A DNA stretch of 64,000 nucleotides, counting the filler, from Globobulimina sp. (Eukaryota), in assembly GCA_003354225.1 (NCBI GenBank). It is 10 parts of 10 records of this genome, joined end to end, with 100 filler letters (N's around TTAATTAATTAA, not from the genome) between each part and the next. Parts side by side here need not be neighbours in the genome. Positions count along the whole stretch, not along the records: positions 25,719 to 32,026 come from PIVH01000315.1; positions 32,127 to 38,432 come from PIVH01000316.1; positions 38,533 to 44,833 come from PIVH01000317.1; 7 more parts are not named here. One strand, written 5' to 3'. This document shows positions 31,075 to 44,000 of the stretch, piece after piece. Numbering within the stretch: position 1 is the first letter of the stretch; every line of letters begins with the position of its first letter. The notes below the pieces were generated by a model, which did not search any database, was not told where the DNA came from, and saw only the letters and a list, made by a program, of their open reading frames with translations. The translations under genes were made by a program, and so were the position numbers.

Positions 31075-32026
31075 ATGTCGGGTTTACGATGCCAAGTCTG
31101 TAAAAAATCCAAACAAACGAACGCGTTTAGCAAAAGCCAGCTTAAAAAATCCAAACTGCAAAGAAAATGCAAAAAATGCATTCAAAATCATCAAGCAAAC
31201 TCAAATCATAGCTCCAAAAATGCCAAAACACAACAACCAAAATCAAAAAGAAATATGAATAACACACCAAAACAGCCAACCACAATATTATTACAAAAAT
31301 TACATAAGCAGTGCAGCGGCAAATCTTTCTTTACCGAAATTCATTTGGCCATAAAAATCAAGAAAAACCAGCAAAATGCAACACAAAGCTCATTGCAAAA
31401 TATATTTGCCGACATCCCAGATACCTTTGTATATCATAACAGAATAATAATTGCATCCAATCATTTATCAGACCACCGTGAAATTTATAATGCCATTGTC
31501 ACCAATATTCCATTGGAGATTCATCATCAAAAAACCAGATATTGTCTGACTGAGTTATTATATGCAAACGGCAAAATATCAAGCCGCGGCGTAACATTTT
31601 GTTCCGAAAACAATAGGCATATTTCTGACTTATTTGCAACAGTTTGCAAACCAGTAATAAAAGATAACTTGGACGAACTTGTCGTGTTTGGTTATTGCAG
31701 GGAAATAGCTAAAAATATAAAACGTAATGTGATGTTTGTGTGCTTCTCTTATTATGAATGCAAGGATGTCTTTTCAATGTGTGGTGCTTTAATTAAAATT
31801 GTAAATAAGATACAAATACAAAAAATGGTCGCAACGCAATGGTGCTGTGCGTTTGGAAGTGTTTCTGTTGATTCGCAGAGTAAAAATCGTTATCAATGGA
31901 CGCTTTATATTGATAAAATGCATTCGAATTCAGATTATTTTGGCATTGGAATTACATCCGAGAGGGACATAAATGAAGTATTTGTAAATAAAAACTATCC
32001 AAATTATGCATATGTAGCAAATGGTG
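31075..32026 (+). CDS. Zn-finger (CxxC...FSKSQ...CxxC) protein with a SPRY/B30.2-like C-terminus, 3'-truncated
   Basis: CQVCKKSKQTNAFSKSQLKK...CKKC, then 'AFGSVSV...YQWTLYI...FGIGI'. Confidence 0.65.
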
Positions 32027-32126
32027 NNNNNNNNNNNNNNNNNNNNNNNNNNNNNNNNNNNNNNNNNNNNTTAATTAATTAANNNNNNNNNNNNNNNNNN
32101 NNNNNNNNNNNNNNNNNNNNNNNNNN
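32027..32126. other. Artificial contig linker
   Basis: N44-TTAATTAATTAA-N44. Confidence 0.98.
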
Positions 32127-32254
32127 TGAAGAAGAAGAAGGAGATGTCGGCCTTTCTAGATCACTGCACCCAATCAAGGTAGTCAAAGCACAAATGTAGC
32201 TATACTTATAAATGTGTATTTTGTTCGTCAACAATTGTATTTGGCAAAGTAAAA

Positions 32255-32629
32255 AGGTGGTTGAATAGTTTTGCGTTGACATTTATTTTGGAATTGGATG
32301 ATATCATAAATCGATTTGAAAGCGATGAGGATTATATTATTCAACAAGAATTCAGCTGGGTCGATGATTTGAGTTCGTTTGCGTTTTTTGATGACTATGG
32401 ATACAATTTTATGTTTAAAAGGAAAATAATATTGCCGGTGAATGGTTTTTCAGATGTATTATTATTTTTTGTTTCATTGCCAATGTTTTTTATTTTCTCA
32501 CTATTATTGGCATTAAAAGCATTGTATCGGTTGTTTAATTGTAACAATTTTTATGATCGTACAAGTAGGACTTATGTATATGACACTTATTATCAATCCT
32601 TATGTGTCGATGGTGTTGGTCGCAATTGA
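32255..32629 (+). CDS. Last exon of an unknown membrane protein
   Basis: Open frame LNSFALTFILELDD... with a hydrophobic segment. The 5' part is missing. Confidence 0.45.
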   Translation, partial: RWLNSFALTFILELDDIINRFESDEDYIIQQEFSWVDDLSSFAFFDDYGYNFMFKRKIILPVNGFSDVLLFFVSLPMFFIFSLLLALKALYRLFNCNNFYDRTSRTYVYDTYYQSLCVDGVGRN

Positions 32630-32880
32630 TTGTGTCTGTATTTTATTTATTTATAATTATTAATCTTATTATCTTTATTTATTAACCTTTCAGATACTTC
32701 ATACTTGCAAGTAACCGTTTAAATGAATTCTTCAAAACATTTCGTACATATTATACTAGTGTTGATGTGGTGAAAAACGTATAATAATTATAATAGTATC
32801 TGATATATAATACGAGTAAGAAAAAAGTCAATTGAAAGCAAATCAATATATATTGCATCACCATCATTTCCTTATAATGT

Positions 32881-34313
32881 TTATTTTTGTCTATATTTCC
32901 TTTTCAAATCTTCCAAAGAATCAACATTTCTCATTCCAGGACATTCACTTTGCGATGGAGTAACAGTACGCATCCAACTTTCATATCTACTCCAACTGCA
33001 TAACTTATATGCATTCACATCAGAATCACAATACGACGGAGCCAATATCTGTCCATTGTAACTCAACAAAACAAAATAATTATCAGTACCAACTTTTTTA
33101 AACAACTCAAATGAAATCATACTAGAATATGACACCCAAGTTGTGATATTATAGTCCAATGCTCCAATTATAGGCACCACGCCACTGTCATGTCCTCCAT
33201 ACAAATAAAATTTGTATATTTTTTCCGCTTCGTCACCATATTTTCTCTGCTTTTGATCCATCATCATTCCATTATAAAGTCTGGAAAACACCAATTTCAA
33301 AAAAGGTCCAGGATTGTATTTGGTCGCATTGACATAATCTGGATATTTGGCAGCATACATTCCCTGCCATCCAAAATCAGCATCGATTGCATCATAATAT
33401 TGCTGCGTATACGCAGCAGGAACCTCTTTATTATGACAGCCACAAACCGTGCCACAGTCAAATATGAGAGAACCTGATGGATTCGAACTAACCATGAACT
33501 GCTTAGCCGTATTCATTAACGGCACAGTCACAGTGTTACGATGTAGCACATATTCTGTTGAAGTGTCTGCTTGTTTGCGAATGGTGGATAAATATGGGCA
33601 AACATTCGTGTTTGGTGTCATTATTTGGTAGTAACTGTCGCTTGTTTCGAAAGGGATGATGAAGGTTTCTGGATCCCTATCATCCAAATTCTCATACATT
33701 CCTTCAAAAAATGACTATTATATATTGTTGCGATTCCGTTGTTGTGTGCGAGGATAAAATTGATTTATATACAAACCATAGCAGATTGCTGCACTCGCGC
33801 ACTGTTATCGGCGCGTAGTAAGATAGCATTTGTTATATTATCTGTAGAATCAAATGTTGCTGGTAATAATTTGTAATAATCGACATATCTCTGTCGCGTT
33901 CCTTGTCCATTTAAGGTTTGCTGCTCGTATCCAATTTTCGTTAATTGTCCAATCATACAATTTCCAGGCAATATATTGCTGCCATTCATTGGTTCGATTT
34001 GAAAATTGAAGGCTAAGGGAGTAGCACTTGCATCATCAATGCGTAAAGGCTGAACTCCAAAGGTTTGGGCGCATTCCCATATTGGTTGTGGTCCTGTAAA
34101 ACATTGCCCGTTTTGCCATTGCGTTCTGTCGCCATGACGGATATATAAATTGGATTGAACCAATGTATACTCATTATTTGGTGGCGATTGTTTTTGCCAA
34201 TTATTGAAATCAATGTTTGGAGCACAATTTGCTTTGAGTGAAGCAGATAAGCTATATTGGATCAGACAAACCATTATTAACAAACGAACAAAAAACAGAA
34301 GCATTGTTGCCAT
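32881..34313 (-). CDS. Secreted/lysosomal histidine acid phosphatase; intron 33715-33776
   Basis: Signal peptide, RHGDRT catalytic motif, GQLTKIG, RVQQSA and GHD. A 62-bp in-frame GT..AG intron joins the ORFs. Confidence 0.9.
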
Positions 34314-34381
34314 GATGAGGTAGACAGCAGCGCGTTTTTGAGAGCTACGTGTTTTTAGACTGGCAAAGTTTCACAAACATC

Positions 34382-36384
34382 ATGGGAAATAGTCCAACTT
34401 TTTCAGGACGCCAATCAACTCACATCCAACAACAAAATATATTACTAATTCAAGCAGCAGAAAATTCTGATTATCATGTCTCAAAATACCAGCGTTATTA
34501 CGACAATCAACTACTACAATTGTTTGAATCTCTACGATGGAAATTCAACATTGCATTATTATTTCGGCCATTTAGTTGTTTAGCATCATGTAAATGTTGT
34601 TGTGAATGGCACCAAAGTATATATAGATTAACAATATCTGAATTATTTTTTTGTGCTGTCATTGTAACAATTTCTATATCTCCAATTGCATGGTTTATAA
34701 ATACATTCTATACTGATGCTCCAGTATTTGAATGGACGACAAATAATATAATCACCAAAGAAAATGGCACTTATATTAATAGTCCAGGAAATATCTACGG
34801 TTTGCCAACCTCCATTTGTTTTGTCACTACATTTGTCTTATCAGCACGTAATACAATATGGAATATAATATTTGGTCTATCATTGGAAAGAGCTGTTACT
34901 TTTCATAAATATATGGCCAGATTATCATTAATTATGTCTTTTATACATTTTTGGGAGTACAGAAATTACGCATGGTTCAAAGGTATATGTACCTACATGC
35001 AATAAATCAAAAACCAAAAACCAAAAACATTTACAAACAGGGCAATGTTTAACCGGTTCAATAACATTTCTCTCCGCAATACTAATTACATTAACATCAT
35101 TTGGCATATTTCGCCGTAAAATATGGAGCATTTTCTTAAAATTGCATTGGATTTTATTCACAACCTTTCTCATTTCAGGTTTGCTTCATAACATAACATA
35201 TTTATATATTAGTCTGGCCGTGCTTTCATTGGATATATTTTATCGTATTTATTTGATTGGTGGTAAGCCTTCGAAAATAAAAGATATTCAATTATTGCCA
35301 TGTAATGTCATCCGCATTGAATTTGATAAAGAAAACTTCCAATTTGAGGCCGGACAATATGTATTTATATGTATTCCAGCAATTGATTTTACTCAATACC
35401 ATCCATTCAGTATCTCATCGTCGCCACATCAAAAAGATAGCATTATGCTCCATGTGCGTGTTTTAGGTGATTGGACACGCAAATTATATCAATTTATATC
35501 GGTGAAATATCAGGAAAACCGGAATATTAACAGTGGTTTTAAGCGAAATACAAGAATAAACTGGCAAAAGTTGACTATGTTTGTAGAAGGACCGTACGGT
35601 AAATTACAAGTACCGCTGCACGAATATCAATCCGTTATTATGATTTCGGGTGGAATTGGTACTGTTTCTGTGCGTTATATTTGCTGTTTTAGTAATATTT
35701 ATATGTTAATATTTAGGGATAACACCGCTGCAATCCATATTTAATGAGTTACTGCATAATATATCACATAATTCATCGCCGAGATATGAGGGCAAAAGGG
35801 AAGAGTTTCATGATTTTGTGCAACGAATAAACTTTGTGTGGTCTGTGCGTGATCCTTATATGGTGACTGAATTTGGGCAAAGACATTGGGCCGGAATACA
35901 ACATCAAAATAAACAAAGATTTAAAGAATATAAAAATAAGTCCTATGATGATATTGATGAATATAAACATTGTGGTTTTTGCAGATTGCCCGATTTTTAT
36001 TCTCCTGATTTATTGTTAGTGCAACAGGGCACTAAAATGGTGCAAAAAACCAAAGTGATTACACAATTTTATCTGACACGGATCAGTGATCAAAAAAGGA
36101 AAGAAAACTATAGCCAACAATTTAAATTATTAAAATTTGGCAGGCCAAATATTGAGAAAATAATAAAAAAAGCAAAGCAAGAATTTAAACTATACCAAGC
36201 AAAGCTAGATAAACAATTTGAAGCATGCAGTGATTATGGCAGCGAAGGTGGTTGTTGTGTAACACAGAAAAGAGGGAAAGGAATTTGTATATTAGTTTGT
36301 GGTCCGATTTCAATGATAAAAACTGTTGAAAAATACGCCTCAAAGTATAATATTGATTGTCATGTTGAAATATTTGAATTCTAA
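34382..36384 (+). CDS. Ferric reductase / NADPH oxidase-like flavocytochrome, 2 introns (~34983-35040, ~35659-35716)
   Basis: TM His residues (FHKYMAR...IH), HPFSISS, LGDWT, EGPYG, spliced GGIGITP, FVWSVR, VCGP and terminal HVEIFEF. Confidence 0.9.
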
Positions 36385-36468
36385 AAATGTTTAATATTAA
36401 AAAAATCAGTCAAAAGTTTTTTTACAAAACCAAACCCAACAACTTTTATTACTTTCATTTTATTTCTC

Positions 36469-36984
36469 ATGGCACAGCAACGTTCAATGAAGATCACTAT
36501 TTTGACGGCTAATGGTCGTTGTCAATTGATATGTGACCCAACATGTACCGTCAAGGAATTGAAAGAAATGTATATTTATAAAGAAATTGGTCATGGTTCA
36601 GTAAATGATTTAAGCTTCAATTTCCGGGGAAAACCATTACGAGATAATATCACTTTGAAGGAATATGATATTGACTCTTTTTCGCCGAGCGTCGTATCTA
36701 TCAGAGGGAGAGTTGGTGGTATATTTGAAGAGCATCATGATGACTGGAAGATTATGTATGAGAGATGCCCAGTTTGTGCGCATAATCGCAAAGATAAATT
36801 ACCGAAAGGATATTGGTATCATCCTGGTTCAAATCAAGCTGAATTTAGATCCGCAAAACCTGGGACGTATGCTGTTGAGACAAAATCTGATAAAATTAGA
36901 TGTTCCGGATGTAAAAATGAATGCAATGGCAAAGACTGGGTTTATAAATGTGCAAATCATGATTATCAAAAAATTAATTATTAA
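36469..36984 (+). CDS. Ubiquitin-like domain protein with a C-terminal Cys/His (Zn-binding) region
   Basis: TVKELKE...FRGKPLRDNITLKEYDI...RVGG, followed by CPVC...CSGC...CANH. Confidence 0.75.
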   Translation: MAQQRSMKITILTANGRCQLICDPTCTVKELKEMYIYKEIGHGSVNDLSFNFRGKPLRDNITLKEYDIDSFSPSVVSIRGRVGGIFEEHHDDWKIMYERCPVCAHNRKDKLPKGYWYHPGSNQAEFRSAKPGTYAVETKSDKIRCSGCKNECNGKDWVYKCANHDYQKINY

Positions 36985-37278
36985 ATGAAGAAATTATTGG
37001 ATCAATTTTTTTTTTGTTTTGCCTGTGTTTGTTTAAACTTAATTTATTTGGTTACGCTGAATTAAGTTTAATTTCATGCATTATAATGATTAGATTTTAA
37101 TTTATGATTTACAATATTATTAAATTTAAATTGATTGTCATACAACAACTTGTGATCACGACTATGCACAACTTCCTCTGGTTGTGTACAACGGGCAACT
37201 CAGTCTGCAACCAGTCTCACCACTTTTTTTCACACAAAAATAACATAAGTCATATATATCTAGTTTGTTTCATCAACA

Positions 37279-38094
37279 TCATTCTTGCTTTTTATATATT
37301 GAATCGATTTTAATATAATGCAGCTTAAATACAATCAGATCCGGTTTTATTTTGATATTTTTAATCATTTTCAACAAAATTATGCGTGACACCAGAGATA
37401 TTCCACAAAATAAAAGATGCAAAACCATAATTTGTATCAACTGTTTATACCGCACGTACTGTAATCCGTACTCAATGGGATGCATTGCCCCTGGATAAAA
37501 ACATGAACATTCAAAGTCAAAGCGAGTTATAAGAATGCCAAATATCCATATAAATGAAATTAAGCGATGAATAATTGATATAATCCTCATATCTTTAGTG
37601 AACCTGAAATCATTTAAAGATAATGCTCTAATAAATGAGTATTTCAATGTTTTGCATTGTAAACAATTAAATATAAATATTATCATTGATTTTGTAAACA
37701 ATGCCAGTTCAAAGAGACCAATCGATATACAATACATTAAAAATGAAATATTGAATGGTGTGCCAAACAATGTATTTCCAATTCCTTTGCATTCACAACA
37801 ACATTCACTCGGTATTTCCATACATGAATATAAGCCATGACCTTCACAACAATGACACAAATGTCCATTACTCAACAATGGATTTTTGATCACATAAAGC
37901 ATCCAAATAAACAACACTGGCAATATAAATATCTTATTAAACACTGCAAAATATGCAAAACACGTTGCATTCCTTAAACATCTCTGCTCCATCATGTATT
38001 CCAATGTTTGTTTACCTGCATCAGAAACACCTGCATTTCCCACCAGTCCTAACTGCTCCTTATTCGGCCATGCCGCTTGAAGAGGAACATCCAT
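37279..38094 (-). CDS. Hypothetical multi-pass membrane protein with a Cys-rich loop
   Basis: Long ORF with about 4 TM segments. Likely start is MDVPLQ; the upstream ORF extension is antisense to the neighbouring gene. Confidence 0.55.
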   Translation of the reverse strand: MDVPLQAAWPNKEQLGLVGNAGVSDAGKQTLEYMMEQRCLRNATCFAYFAVFNKIFILPVLFIWMLYVIKNPLLSNGHLCHCCEGHGLYSCMEIPSECCCECKGIGNTLFGTPFNISFLMYCISIGLFELALFTKSMIIFIFNCLQCKTLKYSFIRALSLNDFRFTKDMRIISIIHRLISFIWIFGILITRFDFECSCFYPGAMHPIEYGLQYVRYKQLIQIMVLHLLFCGISLVSRIILLKMIKNIKIKPDLIVFKLHYIKIDSIYKKQE

Positions 38095-38137
38095 CCTTGA
38101 AAAAAAACTTTTGACTGTTAACTTTACAAATAATACC

Positions 38138-38365
38138 ATGACAACCACACTTGAAATAGTTGAAGAAGAATCCATTGAATTGAAAGTAAAAGAAGAAGAA
38201 GAAGAAGCTGAAGCGAAAAAAGAACCGTTATCCGTGGCAGAACAGGCCGCTAACAAAGCATGGGAACCACGATTACATGGCAAATGTGGCAAAAAAATGT
38301 GGTGTTATTACTGTTGCAATGTCGATGAAAAATTAGGGAATGAGCAGAAATCATCTTGCTGCGAT
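38138..38365 (+). CDS. 5' fragment of a hypothetical protein
   Basis: MTTTLEIVEEES...WCYYCC, then an abrupt switch to GC-rich sequence. Confidence 0.4.
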
Positions 38366-38432
38366 GCAGACCACCGGCCCGGACCAGACCGATCTTGCCG
38401 TCGAGGCGATCCGCGGCGGCCTCGACCTCCTC

Positions 38433-38532
38433 NNNNNNNNNNNNNNNNNNNNNNNNNNNNNNNNNNNNNNNNNNNNTTAATTAATTAANNNNNNNNNNNN
38501 NNNNNNNNNNNNNNNNNNNNNNNNNNNNNNNN
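38433..38532. other. Artificial contig linker
   Basis: N44-TTAATTAATTAA-N44. Confidence 0.98.
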
Positions 38533-38794
38533 GAGTTTCTGAAAAAGGAGCATATCCTTGCTATATGTATCCCATATGTATCCAAGATATTCGAATTGAG
38601 ATATATTCCGAGATATATCTGAGATATATATCTCAATACAACTCACTACTGCTTTCGTTTTCAGATCGGTCTTGACAGCTACATTCATAATTTCATAATT
38701 GACCTAAAATAGATAACTTGTACCAAACTTAGAAGTATGTATCTGTAATCTGTCAGAGAATCAACAAACAGTTTTTCTGTTTGGTTTGCTGTTA

Positions 38795-40932
38795 ATGTCA
38801 GTATTTTGCACAAAAGGTGCCGAAAAGAATCTAAGAAAATCTAATTTTTGTTTTGGTTGTGGCAACAAATTGCAAAAAAAAGTCATAGAAACGCAAACAA
38901 ATTTACCTATGTCCTTAGCTATAGTATTTTGCACAGAATGCGGCAAACAGAATGTAAGAGAATCTAACTTTTGTTTTGTATGCGGACACGGATTGCAAAA
39001 AGAAGCAATCGACGAAGAAGTGATAGATGAAAAACCAACCATCAAACAGGAATCTGAAGATAGCGATATTGTGATAATTGAACCGCCATCGCATCCAAAT
39101 GGACCACAGCAGCCCGATATCCCCGATGCAGACGAGTTAGATGGTGAAATTGAGAGATTCTCCAACCACGTCGCTAATCTACACAGTTAATTATAATCCT
39201 ATTTTAATTTACATATTTATTTGTTTACTCATTCAATTTAACAATAGATGTCATTCCCAATAACAATAATAATGAAAACAACCAAACTGAAATGTTATCG
39301 GACCATATCAACAATGGCAATATAGTTATACCAGGAACAGGTATACAACCCTCGGCATTGTCGAGTCAAGTCAGCCAAGTCAGTCAACCATCGACGCAGT
39401 CAACAGACATATCATTGAATGCTAATTATAACACAAATGACAATGATACAAACATAGCCATCACTGCCACAGATGCAAATGCTGCAATTCATGACATATT
39501 AATCAATGCGCCCATTGCTATGGATATCAGTGATAATTGTAACAATAATAATAAAACCCCGTCGTCATCAGATCCTGCCACAGAGTCTGTGCATGCATCG
39601 GAGTCATCAGCACCGGATTCATCCACCAAAGAAGAAGGAAAAGAGGTGCATAGGAAATATAAGTATAACACTCGTAGCCGCTTCCATGTGGTCACTTGTT
39701 ATGGCTGTCACAAAAAGTTTAAAAACAAAACAGAAAAAGATGCACATGACTGTCATTTTGGATATTCCTCACCATCGCCATCGCCATCCCCATCGCCAAC
39801 AACCACCGCAACGGCCAGCACTGCCAAAATATGTCCACATTGTTCGAAAAGTTTTAAAAATGGAATGGCTTTGGGAGGGCATCTAAGCAGCTCCAAATGT
39901 CGGGAAAAAAGAAAAATAAACGAATCAAATGATAATAGCAACAATAGAGATAATGTAAGTGATACAAATGGCGACGATGACGATATCGACATTGAGTATG
40001 AATCAACGCCGCACTCTGCTGAGTCTTCGGCGCCTTATCATTATTCTAACCGTAACAGAAAGGAAAGACACAAATTAGTCAGAGATGGAAAAAAGGTCCG
40101 GCGGAACAGACGATGTATTTATGGATCTCAATCTGACTCTGACTATGAAGATAATTATGATAATATTGCAAAAAAGCATCATTTAAAAGAGAAACGCACA
40201 TCAAAAACGTCAGGGAAATCAGGAAAAGCCAGGAAAGCAAGAAAAGCCTCGAAAAGAAAGTATAAGAATAAAGATGGCAGTCAAAGGGCGCCGTATTTGC
40301 CAATGGACGAATGTCTCAAAGATACCGCAAGTAAGGAACACTGGAGCAAGGCACGAAAAAATGCGTGGAATGTCAAGGATAAAAATGCGGAAAGTTATTA
40401 TTATCGCTTCAATGAACCGGGAGAAACCACCAGAAAAAAAAGATTCAGCTATGAAGAGCATAAATTATTTATACAGAGAGCAAAGCAGAACGGCGTCAAT
40501 ATGCACTGGGGACTATTTAGTCAAACTATACCCGGAAGGGTTGGATATATCTGCTCCAATTATTGGAGAAAATTGATAAAAATGCGGCAAGTCAAGGATG
40601 AGAATTATTGGTACAATCCGCACGCAAAAGGAAAAGAAAAGAAATGGCGATTTAAATGGCGCAGTAAAATAAATAGAAATATTGATGATGAATTAAGCGA
40701 AGGGAAACGGTTTGCATTTACGATATATGATAGTAATGATCCATCGCAACATTATGTACATCCAAAACATCCGGATTTTGCAAAGTTAGAGCAAAAATAT
40801 GAGAACAAGCTTAATACTGCTTATCTCGCATTGAAAAATGGATGTTTACCATCACCGCCATCTCATTCAAAACGTAAATCAAGAAGCAGTAAATCAGAGG
40901 GACCATCTCCAAAAAAGAGAAAACAAAATTGA
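38795..40932 (+). CDS. Zinc-ribbon + C2H2 finger + Myb-like nuclear protein; intron 39186-39247
   Basis: FCTECG...NFCFVCG ribbons (the first one degenerate), CPHCSKSF...GGH, Myb-like YYYRFNEPGE...WGLFSQTIPGRVGYICSNYWR and NLS PKKRK. The intron joins the two ORFs in frame. Confidence 0.8.
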
Positions 40933-41046
40933 CATAGCATTGTTTACAGTATATATTGTTGATAATATATAAATTAAATGCCGTCTTTTTTTTTTTGTTA
41001 AATTCTAAAAACTTCTTTGAAGTCTGCACATTTTGTGTGAAGAACC

Positions 41047-44000
41047 ATGAGCACAGTTAAGAGTTTGCACCAATCCACAACCACCACAACACATAGAATG
41101 TAACAATAAAAAGGCTGATAATCCGTTTCTCGATCAGGACCCATCAAGGTTACCATGTGGCACTTTAGAACATTTTGTGTATTCAGTTGATCGCAGAGCA
41201 GTATTAAATCCAAGCCAACAAGACGAAGAAAACAAATATGGCGATGATAGCGACTCAAAACAAGCCAATAAATCAGTATTTGTCATCGGTGAAGAAGAGC
41301 ATACATATTATTTAATGCTACAAATCCAAAATGAGATTGAAGCAAACCAAGAAAGTAAATCTGATTCAACGGATAAATTAAAACAATTAAACGACGAAAT
41401 GAAAAAACTCATCCAAGCTGAAGAAAAAAGTATGGTTTTATATACCAATCCATATCATTCCATATAGTTTGAATGCATAACAACAGAAAAAAAAGACGCA
41501 GAAAAAGACAACAAATATTACCGAATACCGCAAAGATTACAGACTATGAAATTAAGGCATTTTGTCCGTAACTTCAATATATTAAACAAAAAAGAAAAAG
41601 AATGGTTCTATAAATACGTAAACGATACTTATTCTCCGCGTACCCGCCACGATAAACCAGTTTAGTACACTTTTAAATTGATATAATATAATATCCATAT
41701 CCTTGCACACAAAAACTATAAAAGCACGACCCATCGAGGACCACCTATGCCGCCGCCAACGTTGTGATTAAGAAAACCAATCCGTCAGCCATCACAGAGA
41801 AAGAATTAAGCGACAAAGTAATGACGCAATTAACAGAGTGGATTGATAAGAAAACGAATGAATACGCTTATTATTCCCCAAACAGATATTTTACGCATCG
41901 CGCATTACCATGGCTGTTGCAACAAAAAATGGAGAAGAAAGCGTATCATAATATATTGACCTCATTTGATAAATTAATGTTGTTGGACACCTCGACCATC
42001 GTCGATATGATTGCTGCGGACTTAAAAGAAAAAGACAATTATCGCAACTTTGGTGATTTAGCCATTCATAGAAACTTAACCTTAAAACAATTGGACAAAT
42101 TGAAAGGTTCATGGGGTGTAGATATTGCTAATACCACTCCGTTCTTAGGCACTTATATCAAGAAATTAGCTCCGGTCTCTCTCCAGGTATTACATTACAT
42201 TACATCCTGCCTCGCCATAAAATGTCTAATCACCCAATGACGTGTTTGTGCCTCTGTTGTCATAGCGATATGAAGGTAAACAATGGGACGATATACCATT
42301 GGAAGTCCGGGAAACGTATCTCAACACATTATACGAATACGGCATTAAGTCCGTCACCTCCACCAATTCTGGACAATATACGTGCAGAGCCTATATATGT
42401 TTCCATTACATGCATTTCATGGAACAAACGCATGGCATATACGACATTGAAGCCATTATCGAATATCTGAGCATCCCCAAATATGCCAGCTATATCCCTG
42501 AGGACAGTGGTTTTTTCAAGGTCTTAAAATCCGCAGTGACCAGTAATCCCCAGGCCAATTTTGGTGCAAGTTTCGCTTTTTTAAGTTGTTATCGTGGACT
42601 GCCGGCCTGGACTAAAAGCGCAGACTTCCAGTTCATCAAAAGATTCTTACTCCGCGTCCTGCAATATCCGCAGATGTGGTCGCAATTTATATCGCTCAAA
42701 TCGTCGGCCGTCCGCTCTTCCAAAGCCAGCGGGAACCGCAAAAAGAACATCATGGCGGTGATGAAACAATGGATTGGCGAGGAATGGCTGCAACGCTTCG
42801 AAGCGGAAGCTATGTTATATGGCGGTGATACCTCCAAAACCAATGATTGTATCAAATTATTATCAGATTCAGATGGCAAACATTATGTCAATCAAATCAA
42901 AGACAGTGTGATCGTCGAATTTGATAAAAGTAACCCAAATGAATGTCGATTGGCAGACGATATCAATATCACTGTGCATGTCAAGAATGTGAGTCAAGTG
43001 TTGGTGAAAATATTTGAGATCAACACCCGATCCTATTTCCGCGATAAGCAACGCGAATTGGAGACTGATTTGAATTTGGACGGCTTGAATGCTTCGGAGG
43101 AATGGACCATAGACGCCGCAGAGTTGGATTTGAAGAGCACATTCCATAAAAAAGAAATACACATTGCTTGGCCGGCGGCGTTGAAGCAGAAACGTGGCAT
43201 TTATTTCGTGGACCTGATCGCCAATGGCCAGCATGCTCGCGCTGTGGTTAAGGTGGGGACTATAAAATTCTTCCACAGGATCACCGAGGCGGGCCATGTA
43301 TTCCAATTATTGGACGAAGAGAGTCAGATTATCAAAGATGGCAGCATATGGATGGCGGGGCATGCCTATCATAGCAAGAATGACGTGAATAATGAGATAT
43401 TTATACCGTTTAGCAACGCTCCGCGCGTCGGACAGAAGATTATATTGCAGAGGAATGACGATCGGGATTTTAATGTGTTGGCCTCATTTGATCACAAGTC
43501 GGAGAATTATACTTTTCAATGTGGTTTGTATATTGATCGGGAGCAGCTGTTGGAGAAGAAACGCGCGAAGATTATTGTGCGCAGTGCGCTGTTTTTAAAC
43601 CGCAACCGAGTGAGTGTTGGATTGATTGAGAATTGCAAATTGAGCATAAATATACAGACGAGTTGCGGCGTGGATGTGGACAAAACGTTCAATAACTTTG
43701 AGTTATTTGATGATCGGGAGTCGACGGAGGAGTTTACAGTACCCAACGAGTGCTTTACTGTCCGGTTGTCATTGAGTGGCACGGTGAACAATATCACGAA
43801 TAAAAATAAAGTGAATATTGCCAAATCGCAGTCGTTTACCATTAATCAGATCGATAAATCGCGCGATATCTCGCAGTTTCATTTGATTCCATGTAAGCAT
43901 AATAAATATGTGATATTGTTGTCGGGGAAGAACGGCGAAGGTTTGAGTGGTTTGGACTGTACGGTGACGTTATACCATCGATGGATTAATAAGTCTCAGA

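Noticed and set aside
34382-36384. Frameshifts or programmed recoding between consecutive ORFs (also in the transporter and aminotransferase genes)
   Set aside because: The breaks checked are resolved by short GT..AG introns that restore conserved motifs.
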